This document shows, piece after piece, positions 1-11,125 of a stretch of 64,000 nt of DNA. Below the pieces are notes generated by a model, which saw only the letters and a program-made list of their open reading frames with translations, searched no databases and had not been told where the DNA came from. The stretch lies in contig NC_069002.1 of NCBI RefSeq assembly GCF_001194135.2, forward strand, positions 37,496,108 through 37,560,107. The letters are read 5' to 3'. The stretch's first letter is position 1. Every line of letters starts with the position of its first letter. Made by a program: the position numbers and the translations under genes. Source of the stretch: Octopus bimaculoides. Its lineage: Eukaryota.

Positions 1-35
1 AAGTGGGTGTCATAAAATTGGTCTTTCTGTTCATC

Positions 36-300
36 AGGTAGCCCATTCTACTTGCTAAAAAGAGCAGCTAAATCTCCCTCAAATCACTTCCCAGTGTCTT
101 ACATAGGAGACGTGTTGGACAGTGTAGTACCTGACATATAAAGTGACGAAATGGTCAAAGATGGAACACCTTTGATCGGGGATCTGTTTGATCAGGGATC
201 TGTTTGATCAGGGATCTGTTTGATCGGGGATCTGTTTGATCGGGGATCTGTTTGATCGGGGATCTGTTTGATCAGGGCTCACCTGATTAAATAACATTAA
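36..300 (+). mobile_element. Dispersed repeat family (CTGCTAGAAATAGCAGCCAAATCTCCCTCAAATCACACC...), SINE-like
   Basis: Related copies at ~5420-5560, 6700-6900, 21760-21920(-), 22600-22740(-), 25790-25875(-), 29370-29490(-), 35485-35660 and 62520-62680(-). Confidence 0.7.
171..277 (+). repeat. 16-bp minisatellite (TTTGATCRGGGATCTG) x ~6.7 inside a dispersed repeat
   Basis: Direct tandem copies start at 171, 187, 203, 219, 235, 251 and 267. Confidence 0.95.
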
Positions 301-1499
301 CTAGCTGTATCATCATGAACTGCATTCCAAGATACTCTGGCAACAAATTATATAGTGGTTGGAGAAAGCGAAAGTTGAAGCCTTTCGATTAAAAATATTT
401 TTTTATTCATCGTCTAAGTCTGTGGACAGATACAAAGGTGAAATAGAAAAGAAAACAATCGAGAAAAAACGGGAGGTTTACATTAAGTAATCGAGTGAGA
501 TCGGCGATAGCACTGAAGACACAGCAGTGGCAATAGCAGTGTAGAACACCTGAATAACAAGAAAGGGGTCTCCAAAATTGGGGAGGAGGGTAACTATGTA
601 GGATGATTCGGAGTTCCTTATACACGCGCACGCGGGGATTATTTTGATACACCAAAGGCTACCTGCTACGAATCACAATTAGTCATCATATGAACTGATT
701 GAATACTTGGCTAGAAGAAGAGAAGGTCCAATGAAAAGGTGAAGAGAGCGGAATAGACTGTTTCTCCGTTAGAACATAACAGAAAGTAGATAGACGGACG
801 AGGTGTAGATGGCGTTGGCAAGAAGCGGCTACAACAGTACCATTGAGGATAGACAGAGTAGGAGGGTGTTACAGCATATGGAAAGGTTTCTAGTGAGAGA
901 GAAGAAATATGAAGAAGAAAAGGTTTCAAGCTAAAGAGGAAACAGATTGAAGCTAGAGAGAAAGGGGAGGAGGAAGCGGAGAGGAGATGAATCGAGCAAG
1001 TGAAGAAGGATACTGAAGGCGGACTGGAAGACAAGGTGGAGAGACACGGGAGACCACCACGACGGCAATGACGAAGTAAAAGAAAAAAAACTGTGAAAGA
1101 AAAACGGGATTTTGCTTTCTCCATAAGAAGATGACTAAATGACTCTCTTGGAAAGTCCAAGCTTAAGTAATGCGTGACTGGCAACAAATATCTTGGCATT
1201 GTGTTCCCACCATAACTATTATTACATTTAAACCAGCACAGAGCACTAACTACTATCACCGCCGCCGCCACTACCACCATCACCACCCTCATACAATTAG
1301 TACATTATGGGGACTACCTCCATTCCATTGCTTACTTTGGTGTTTCCTGCTTTCTTCATTTCTTTGGAGTAAATCAACAAGTACCACTGAGAACAGCAGT
1401 CTTTCTCATACCACACAAGAGATGAAAATGTATACATATAAAATAAATTAAAGAGTTAAAAAAAGCCAATTTATATAAATACAACCCCATACACACACG

Positions 1500-1509
1500 C
1501 ATATTTATA

Positions 1510-1565
<56 letters not shown>

Positions 1566-1600
1566 TATATATATATACATACACACACGCGCATATATAG
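1500..1600. repeat. (AT)n/(AC)n microsatellite
   Basis: Seen directly. Confidence 0.95.
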
Positions 1601-3620
1601 CAGACCCATATTTGATCGATTTGGAATCGGTGTTTATATAGCAGCAACGACAGCAACACTTCTCTGAAAGCAGTAGCAGGAACTGCAGCAGCATCAGGAA
1701 TTGTCTACGTCGTCAAGTCTTGTGGTGAAACTTTTATCTCGATTCCTTTCCACTCCCCACCCAAAATACTCAAACAACAAAACCAACTCCCTTGACGAAC
1801 GAATGGGGCTCTGTATTTCAGGGGTTTCATCAGTGATTGGTGTTCAAACGGAGGGAATTAACTGTCTCGGACACGTAAGTGGTTATCATTTCATGTATAC
1901 ATACAAACGCATATACATACATATCTATATACACACACATACTATTTCGAAGTTGTTTGACAAGCTATTTGATATTAGATCGTGTGTTCAACCCGTGACA
2001 ATTGTTTGTGGTCGATCGTTTATCGTAACCTCGAAACATATCAAGAAAGAGAAAGAGAAAGTTGCAGATGTGAGAGTGTGATTGATGTAAGACTTTTTGA
2101 TGCTTAATTAGTAAATATATTAATACTTTTACAAAATAAAATGGTATGTGTGGGGTTTGAAAGACCTGTCATAATTCTGCTCCGATGTAATTTATTACAA
2201 GTACTGCATACCCTTGTATTGGAGTATTTTGTGTGCGCGTGGATATGGCAACGTTCGTTTGTGTGTGTGTGTGTGTGTGTCTGCGGTTGTTTAAACATAC
2301 CTTTTGCACTTACACACCTTAATTAGATATGTCTTTGGATGGTTTTATGAAAGTAAAAGACTGGGTGGTGTGCGTTTCCCAAAGAGTGAAATGTTTCCAA
2401 CGTGAAATCCGCATTGCATTAAAAACACGAACAACTCGGGGATCTCAAAATCAAGAAAAACGTGTGGCAAACGTCGTTAAGCATATAAAAAAAATGCACC
2501 GAGAACAAACAAGTTGTGTTTCTCGGTTGTAAATAAGCCATTTCCATTTTCCTTCTTTATATAAATATCAACGTTTCTTAATTTCTCCCCCCCCCCACCT
2601 CGCTTTCTCTCTGTAACTGAAGGTATATAGTCTGAAAGAGGAGAAAGAAAACATACTAACCCTTCCATTCTAAAATAAATTGCGTCGTTGTATGTTGATA
2701 AACACTTACATAGCTAAACGCTTGTGAAAGCCACCCCAACACGAAATTGACAAATCTTAAAATATAGCAGAAGAAAGCATCGATAGTTATTAAATAACTA
2801 AGGAGAGAAGATATATATATTTCGACCAGGGCCGCTTTAATACCCCCTTAACATCCTCTTGCCTGTTTCGTTATATATATATATATATATATATATATAT
2901 NNNNNNNNNNNNNNNNNNNNNNNNNNNNNNNNNNNNNNNNNNNNNNNNNNNNNNNNNNNNNNNNNNNNNNNNNNNNNNNNNNNNNNNNNNNNNNNNNNNN
3001 NNNNNNNNNNNNNNNNNNNNNNNNNNNNNNNNNNNNNNNNNNNNNNNNNNNNNNNNNNNNNNNNNNNNNNNNNNNNNNNNNNNNNNNNNNNNNNNNNNNN
3101 NNNNNNNNNNNNNNNNNNNNNNNNNNNNNNNNNNNNNNNNNNNNNNNNNNNNNNNNNNNNNNNNNNNNNNNNGGGGGGTATGAGCAACCTATCTATGAAT
3201 GGTAAATATTCAGCACTATTGGTACACTTGTGTAGGTATGCCGGCACTATTATTATTTCCTTCCTTCCTTCATTCATTCATTCATTCAGTTTCTTTCTAT
3301 GGTTCCACCTCCGCCTGTTTCTATTCATTGAGCATTAGAATACTTAAAACCAGTTTTACGAAAGGTGAATAAGATGACGACAGACCTCAGCATGACAGGC
3401 ATGTACGAGGTCGCGCAATCTGCTAGAAACATCAGCTAAATTTCCTCAAATAACACCCTATTGTCTAAAAATCGAAACATTTCATAATGTAGCTGCAATA
3501 AGTTGAGATGGTCACATATTGACAGATGGAACCGTTTTAACTGACCGACCTAGGGCCAGAGTCACGCTTTCACCAAAAGGAACTTGGCGGAGAAGGGACT
3601 TTCAGAATAGTAAGCCCACG

Positions 3621-4548
3621 TTAAAAAATTTTTTTGGTTAATTACTACTTTAACACCCAACAACAACAACAACAAAAAAACACGAGTAATAGGTGTTAAA
3701 AGATGTGTATTAAACGAATCTGAAAACAAAAATTTGCGTTAACAAACCGGGGTGGGGAGAGGACTTTCGGAAAATTCATAAGATCCTCCGATTTTTTTCC
3801 CATCATAACTTTTAGGAAAATGGATATCTTTTAACAAAATTTTATATAAATACCTTTCAAAAGGGCGTAGATTATGATTATAAAGAAATTAGTGGGGTAA
3901 ATTTTTTTTCCGAGGGGTGGGGATAGGACTTTCGAAGAGAAAGAAATTCGTAAACTATTTTTTTTGGGGGGGGGGCTTCAGTGTAATGGAAAGAAGTTGG
4001 AAAAAATGTTTAGATTCATTTATTTTTCATTTGAGTAATAGAAAAAGGTTTTAAAAAAAGATCTCTTGTATCATGGTGAGAGAAACAAATTCATAAATAC
4101 AGTATTGAATATGGTCTCACTATGGAATAAAAGTTAAGGGCGATTTTTCGTAATCTATGCCGTTTGGAAGATAATAATATAAAAATTCATTAATAGATAT
4201 CCGTTTTCCTAAAAGTTATAAGGGAAAAAATCGGATCGTGTGAATCTTCTGAAAGTCCTCCCCACCCCTCGGAAAAAAATTTACCCCACAAATATCTTTA
4301 TAATCGTAATCTACGCCGTTTGAAAGGTATTGATATAAAGTTCCATCAAAAGATATCCATTTTCCTAAAAGTTATGATGGGGGAAAATATAGGAGGATCT
4401 TGTGAATTTTCCGAAAGTCCTCTGCCCACCCCGGTTCGTTGACGCAAATTTTTGTTTTCAGATTCGTTTAATACACATTTTTTTACAGCTGTTTTTTTTT
4501 GGTGGCCTTAGTAATTAATTAAGTAATTAACTAAGAATATTTTTTAAT
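3621..4548. mobile_element. Foldback/MITE-like element with ~300-bp inverted arms and internal subrepeats
   Basis: 3621-3935 is the reverse complement of 4245-4548 (e.g. TGTGTATTAAACGAATCTGAAAACAAAAATTTGCG). An extra subrepeat lies at 4135-4260. Related sequence occurs at ~45240-45600 and 53455-53930. Confidence 0.8.
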
Positions 4549-5034
4549 TGAAACAAAACTATCTTGTCGCAGAACCTTGTACCATTGTCATCCAACCTCT
4601 TAGAAATAAAAGCCGAATCGCAATTCCAATGACACCTTTTTAAAATTAACAGAGAACAAATGTAACATGGCCCCGAGATAATACGGGAGAGTCATGGATG
4701 GAACGCCTTTTAGGCTCGAGTTGAGGTTAAAAAACAGCCACGGTTTACATTTATCTTGTCTTACTCCTATATTTATAGATTTCTCTTGATATATTCTGAT
4801 TCAAAGACAGGGGAAAAAATGATCAAAACCCGAAACCTTAAAAGTCACATGCAAATCTTTCTTTAAAGATAATTATAATAGGTGTTACCCGAGAATAAGT
4901 CCCTTTTGAAATTATTGCCCTACTACTGAAACTAACAGCACTATTCTCAGCTTCCAACACAATAGTGAGGCAACTTTTCCCGTTATATTCATTGCTATTA
5001 AATTTTTTGTTTTTTATAAAGATAATTAATCTAC

Positions 5035-5112
5035 CTGTGAAGGTGTGATAAAGTCGTCTAGATTGGTGAGGAGAACAGCTCCGCTAAAGTGATTTCCTAC
5101 GCCAGCCGCCAT
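5035..5112 (-). CDS. CIAO3: Exon 1 of cytosolic Fe-S cluster assembly factor NARFL/CIAO3 (Nar1); rest of gene lies left of the window or in a gap
   Basis: ATG at 5112 gives MAAGVGNHFSGAVLLTNLDDFITPSQ, then a phase-0 donor CAG|GTAGAT at 5034. This matches the NARFL N-terminus (human [22 protein letters not shown]). No ECIKP-type exon 2 was found in 1-5034. Confidence 0.88.
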
Positions 5113-5190
5113 ATCGCGTATAAATAATAACCAATGAGAAACGGGCGAGCTATTCAGTGCAGAGGAACGACGATAACTACGTTTATTGTT
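5113..5190 (-). promoter_or_regulatory. CpG-rich proximal promoter/5'UTR of NARFL
   Basis: CpG-rich stretch directly upstream of the ATG, with a CCAAT motif (aaccaatgag ~5129). The start codon context GCCGCCAT on + resembles a YY1 site. Confidence 0.45.
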
Positions 5191-5819
5191 GTTATTGATA
5201 AGTATTTCTCTCTCCCTTCCCCCTCCCCTCTCTCCCTTCCTCCTCCCCTCTCTCCCTTCCTCTCTCTCTCTCTTCCTCCCTCCTTCTGTCTTTCTCTCTC
5301 CGATTTTTCGTTTCATTTGATTTGAGGCTTGTCATAAATGACCTGTTTTTTTTTTACCTCTAATTATGGTTGCTCGTACAAATCATATATTTCATTGGAA
5401 ACAAGGCAAATCCAATGATGGAACCGCTAAATGGTTCTTCAACCTACTCTGAATTAGCAACCAGATTTCCCCTCGAAACCACACCCTCCCATCCGTCTTA
5501 AATTAAGGGCACGTGGGACAATGTATTCGTTAATATAGTCGATGGTCTGATCAGTCAAACAACAGTAAACGAACAAGTGAGCCAATTCGTCCTCTACAGA
5601 ATAAAAACAGGACACACTAGATAATGTATCAGATGAATTATGTCTGAGAAATCAAAAATACTGGATGATCATGATTGGAATGCCTTTAATTACAGATCTA
5701 GTGAGGCAAAAACAATGAGAGAATCAAGGAAGTGGCGAGTTTTAAGCGTCAGGTTTGCATCGGAATTAGAAAAAATAATGAATCTAAGTTTACAGATTCA
5801 TCACAGTATCAACGAGGCT

Positions 5820-6590
5820 ATCAGATACTATTGTACACCGCTGGTCACAATGCACTTCCAATTCTACCTTGATTGCATCATTTTTTCCCTTCTTGATCGA
5901 AATCGCTTAACTAAATCGTTTTCCCATTGCCTTCCCAGTGGCCTTTTCCAATTTCTTGGATACCACTTGGCAACTGCAGAAGTTCACCTGTTGTCTGTGA
6001 GCCTTGCAACATTAGACCCAGTGAAACTTGTGATTTCAGTATTCTGCGATAACATCGTTCACTCCCCGCCATTCTCGAATTTTACTTCGTTTCGGATATG
6101 CTCTCACAATATTCCAAGTATGGATCTTTTCATTGCCCTTTGCGTCGTAGCCAATCGATGTCCTATCCTCTTTGTAAGACATCCTTTATTGAGGATAATG
6201 TCTTTCTGCCTGCTCTTATTCACTTTGAAACTTCAGCATCCATATCTCGTCGCATATTCACTGTGTGCCCTAAGGAGGCCTACTCCTTCACCACATCGAT
6301 TTCATTGCTTCCCACCTCTATTCGGCTTTGTGCTACATCTTCCAACATACATTTTATTTTCAAGCAGTTCATTTTAAGGCTTGTTGCTGAGCTCTGAATG
6401 TCCAGCTGTCATTATGGTCTACAGCTGGCCTGTGGTTTCAACAATGAGTACAGTGTCATCTGCAAGTAAGAGGTGTGTTAGTTGCTCGCCATTGAGGTTC
6501 ATGCCACCTGTCCCATCAATGTCCCTGATGACCATTTCTAGACATGCATAAAGAGCTTTGGAGAGGTGGTATCTCCTTGCTTGCTCGACA
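5820..6590 (-). mobile_element. RTE-clade LINE, degraded RT/3' fragment
   Basis: The minus strand reads QGDTTSPKLF and GMNLNGEQLTHLLLADDTVLI (RTE RT motifs) with stops and frameshifts. The + ORF 5640-6377 is its antisense. Confidence 0.8.
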
Positions 6591-7678
6591 AATTGAATAA
6601 CTGCTTTGGGTATTATAACTTAAACCATTCTTTTTATGAGAATTTTGAGACTTGATGAAGCAGTCAGTTTCAAAGTTTTATGGGGACGAAATGGGTTTCT
6701 CCAACTCTTTTTGAGATGGCTGATCCTTTTAAAGAATAATAGCCAAACTTCTTTTATTATCACACCTTACTTTCTTAAAGATAAAAAGGAATGAGGGATA
6801 CATTGGATAAAGTAGTCCTAGATACACAATGCCTTAAGAATAATGTCACAGCAGGAATTTAGATATTCTAGAGAAGAGCTGGCCTAAGGCTATAACAACA
6901 AACATCGAGTCAACAGGGGAAACCTCCACAAAGTTGCTCCTGCTGGAAATAGCCAAACCTCACACAACATACCTTATGTAAAAAAGAAACACTGCATAAT
7001 GTAGGGTGGAGTATAGAATACCTGAAAAGATAAGTAAAAGGTGGTCACATCTGGATTTCATTGTGGTTGTGTTCATTCAGGATTAATTTGGGGTTAAACA
7101 ATTACAACAATAAATATAAATAAAAAGTAGCCTTAGGTTGTTTTTTTTTGTTTTGGTGAATACATATTGATTTCTGAAGGACAAAATATCAGTCTTCTTT
7201 GATAATTCCACTAAAATTTGGGATAATTTATAGGAGTTTAATCGACATCAGAAGGGTTAAAGTCGAAATCAATCTTGGTGAGATATGAACTGAAGTGAAC
7301 AGCTAAATTTGGCAAATCATTTTTATTATACAACCCCAACCCTCACCCTTTTAACTGGCAGGTCCCTTTGGAACCAAGAGTTGGATCAGTGTTTTTTGGT
7401 TTCCATTGGTGGGCAAAAACATGGAGATTAACACACAGTCTACTGTCATGAAACAGTGTAAGTAAATTCTTAAAAATGAAAGTATATTGAGATAGAAACC
7501 AGAGGTGACAACAGCAATATACCTTAAATTTGATATCCGGTGGTGGGGCTTCCTTCTATACTAACAAAGTTCTCAAACATTCACTCAATTTTATTGATTC
7601 AAACAGCATCAAACCACAGAATTGAAGCACTTGAACAGATATAGCTGTAATGTCTCGGCTGAAAATATTGTCCACGTA

Positions 7679-7712
<34 letters not shown>

Positions 7713-7912
7713 TATATATATATAATCGTGTTCCACATAATCGTGTTTGGGCATGGTTAAATATTACCTTACTTGGAAAGACCAAAGGATTGGCAATGGG
7801 AAGGACATCTGGCTATATGAAATCTGTCTGATCCATATGAGCATGCAAGTAAGGTAATATTTNNNNNNNNNNNNNNNNNNNNNNNNNNNNNNNNNNNCAG
7901 TAAAAATACACA

Positions 7913-7955
<43 letters not shown>

Positions 7956-8039
7956 TAATAGTAATGGTAAGACAACAAAAGAATGAATGAGACCTTGATA
8001 TTATGTAAATAGAGGAATTTATCTGTAATATAATATGTG

Positions 8040-9698
8040 ACAATTATTCGGTTGCCATAATAAAACTCTGAGTTTCGGATGTTGGGACGGAAATCTGCTC
8101 CGGCATCTCGTCAGTTATCAAGGCAATCAAAAAATGCTATGAAAATGACCAGGGTCATAAAGGTGGCGTTTTCTTTCTTAATGCTCCTGGCGGGACAGGC
8201 AAAATGTTCGTAACTAGACTCATTCTTGCAAAAGTAAGGCTACAAAAGTGCATCACAATAGCTGTGGAAACTTCGGGCATAGCTGCTACTCTGCTCCCTG
8301 GTGGAAGGACTGCACACTCTACGTTTAAGCTTCCCCTTAACCTCGTAAGTTCACCAATGCCTGTTTGCAACATTTCAAAGACGTTGGACAACGAGCAATT
8401 GCTCACACAATGCCACCTGATTGTTTGGGATGAATGCACAATGGCTCACAAGAGTGCCCTTGAGGCATTAGATAGAACTTTGCGAGACTAAAGGAAAGCC
8501 ACGAACCGATGGGGGGGGGGGTCACTGACTTGCTATCTGGGGACTTGAGACAAACCTTGCTAGTGATTCTGAAAGGCACAAGTGTGGATGAAGTTATGGC
8601 ATGTCTTAAGTCTTCACCTCTATGGGATCATGTTGTTACTTTAAAGTTAGAATCCAACATGAGAGCGTGACTCCATGAAGACCCATTGTCAGAAGATTTT
8701 GCAAGGGATATTCTCCTTCTTGGCAATGGTGAAGTTCCAGACGGAAATGAAGAAGTTGACATAAGTAACATTTGCACAATAGCCTGTACTATCCAGAGTC
8801 TTCAGGACCAGGTCTTCCCAGACCTAGAAGTCCACAACAGAGATCTAGATTGGCTTTGCCAAAGAGCCATTTTGGCTCCTAAAAACGTTGCCGTCAGTGC
8901 AATCAACAACAGCATCTTACTGCATTTGCCTAGGGACGTGACAGTCTATAAGACAGTTAGACACCATTCCCAATCAAGATGAGGTAGTTGATTATCCCAA
9001 TGAATTTTTGAATTCTTTGGAACCTTCAGGTGTACCTCCACATATTCTAACTCTTAAAGTTGGTAGCCCTGTTATGCTGATAAGGAATTTAAATCCACCA
9101 AAGTTGTACAACGGTACACGCCTTGTTATCACAAAATTACTTCCCAATGTCATTAAGCAATGATTATGACCATCTGTGGTAAAGGTTAAGACGTCTTCAT
9201 ACCGCGAATTCCCTTTGTGCCTTCGGCTGCTGACTTACCATTCACATTCTGCAGAGTGCAGTTTCCAATTAGACTCAGTTACACCATGTCCATTAATAAG
9301 ACCGGGGGGCAGTCGCTGTCTGTCGTTAGACTTTACTTTGCCGAACCATGCATTTCACACAGTCCACTGTAGGTTGCCTGCTCAAGAGTGGGAAGTAGGA
9401 ACAGTTTACATGCCTTTATCACCTAAAAATTTTCTTTATAAGGAAGTTTTGGAGACTTACCGTACTGGCGCCATATTTCAGTCTTACATTATTGCTGTTA
9501 TAATTTTTGTTGCTTTATTTCTTTCATTGATTCTTGTCGAAATATTGCACGTGCGATTCCCTTCAAGAGTTACTTAGGTGTTAGTTTAGCAGTGAAGCAT
9601 GAAAGGTGTTTAAGGGAGGGGAGGGGGTGTTAATCGCTTTATTAGTATCTAAACCTTTTCGAACTAATAAACCCAGGCAACGTTGGGTACACCTGCTA

Positions 9699-9699
<1 letters not shown>
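8040..9699 (+). mobile_element. Helitron remnant: PIF1-like helicase pseudogene plus intact 3' terminus
   Basis: FLNAPGGTGK, ATLLPGGRTAHSTFKLPL, IVWDECTMAHK, RAILAPKN, NGTRL, FPIRL and ACSRV motifs, with stops and frameshifts. A 3' hairpin ACCCAGGCAACGTTGGGT (9671-9688) is followed by CTAG|T at 9696-9700. Confidence 0.9.
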
Positions 9700-9752
<53 letters not shown>

Positions 9753-10034
9753 NNNNNNNNNNNNNNNNNNNNNNNNNNNNNNNNNNNNNNNNNNNNNNNN
9801 NNNNNNNNNNNNNNNNNNNNNNNNNNNNNNNNNNNNNNNNNNNNNNNNNNNNNNNNNNNNNNNNNNNNNNNNNNNNNNNNNNNNNNNNNNNNNNNNNNNN
9901 NNNNNNNNNNNNNNNNNNNNNNNNNNNNNNNNNNNNNNNNNNNNNNNNNNNNNNNNNNNNNNNNNNNNNNNNNNNNNNNNNNATATATATGTGTGTGTGT
10001 GTGTGTGTGTGAGTGTGTGTATGTATGTATATGT

Positions 10035-10232
10035 TTGTGTGTCTGCGTTTGTCCCCAACATCGCTTGACAACCGATGCTGGTGTGTTTACATTGCCGTAA
10101 CCTAGCGGTTCGGCAAAACAGACCGGTAGAATAAGTACTAGGCTTACAAAGAATAAGTCCTGGGGTCGATTTCTTCGACTAAAGGTGGTGCTCCAGCATG
10201 GCCGCAGTCAAATGACTGAAACAAGCAAAAGA
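10035..10232 (+). mobile_element. 3' half of tRNA/CORE-type SINE (family A)
   Basis: CGCTTGACAACCGATGCTGGTGTGTTTAC...CTCCAGCATGGCCGCAGTCAAATGACTGAAACAAG, shared with many copies. Confidence 0.85.
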
Positions 10233-10782
10233 GATATATTTTTTTCTCTATATATGTATATACATGTATGTGTGTGTGTAGGCATGCTGGGGCACCATTT
10301 TGGTGTATGCGAGTTGGCACTTACCAAAATTTTGTTAAGTGTCAACGTAAGAAACTCTGAAACCTCGAATCACTCTGTTGTTTCTGCTAAATATTAATAA
10401 AACTATACATATACACATATCTTGAGTTCTATTTTTCCTATCTGCATCAACATACCTCTCTATATAAATATAAATATATATAAATATATATAAATAAATA
10501 TATATATATTTATATATATACATACATACATACATACATACATATACACACACATACGTGCCTATTTCTTTGTGTACGTTCTTAAGTGTCACTGTTTCTC
10601 TATAAATATGCATGTGCGTGTAATAGTTTTTTGTGTGTTCGTCCGTATGAGGAAGTTGGTGATTGCGTCTGTGAATGTCTGATTGTGAGTCCACGCTTCT
10701 TCCTCGCTCCGTCTCCGTTTCAGTTTTTTTATTATTTTTACCTTTGAATTCTGGCAGCGTTTTTTGCTCCTCGTTGTAGGTG

Positions 10783-10965
10783 ATGAGTGATCAGAGAAGG
10801 ATGCGAGGTGAATACGTACGACGAAGAGTAGAAGAGGCTTCCATGAACAACCCACCCAATTCTGCCGACCCTGTCATCTTGGTGACTGGAGGATACGACC
10901 ATGGCATCAGGTTTTGGCATGCCTACAGCGGCGTGTGTAGTCGCACCGTCCAGTTCACTGATTCT
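10783..10965 (+). CDS. MLST8: mLST8 coding exon 1
   Basis: [61 protein letters not shown], then donor GTATCC. A likely acceptor TTGTAG lies at 10779. Confidence 0.93.
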
Positions 10966-11093
10966 GTATCCACAAACATATATACAAATATACAACACAG
11001 AAATACACACACACACACACACATGCATACACATAATATATATATATATATAATATATATACACATACACACACGTTAACATGTGTGTTTTTG

Positions 11094-11125
<32 letters not shown>

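Noticed and set aside
171-277. CRISPR-like array
   Set aside because: The repeats are contiguous with no unique spacers, the context is eukaryotic, and there are no cas genes.
711-1292. 193-aa ORF with an apparent signal peptide
   Set aside because: It is translated from GGT/GGC simple repeats and a pyrimidine-rich tract. It is low-complexity with no recognisable domain.
5640-6377. 245-aa + strand ORF
   Set aside because: It is antisense to a decayed RTE reverse transcriptase.
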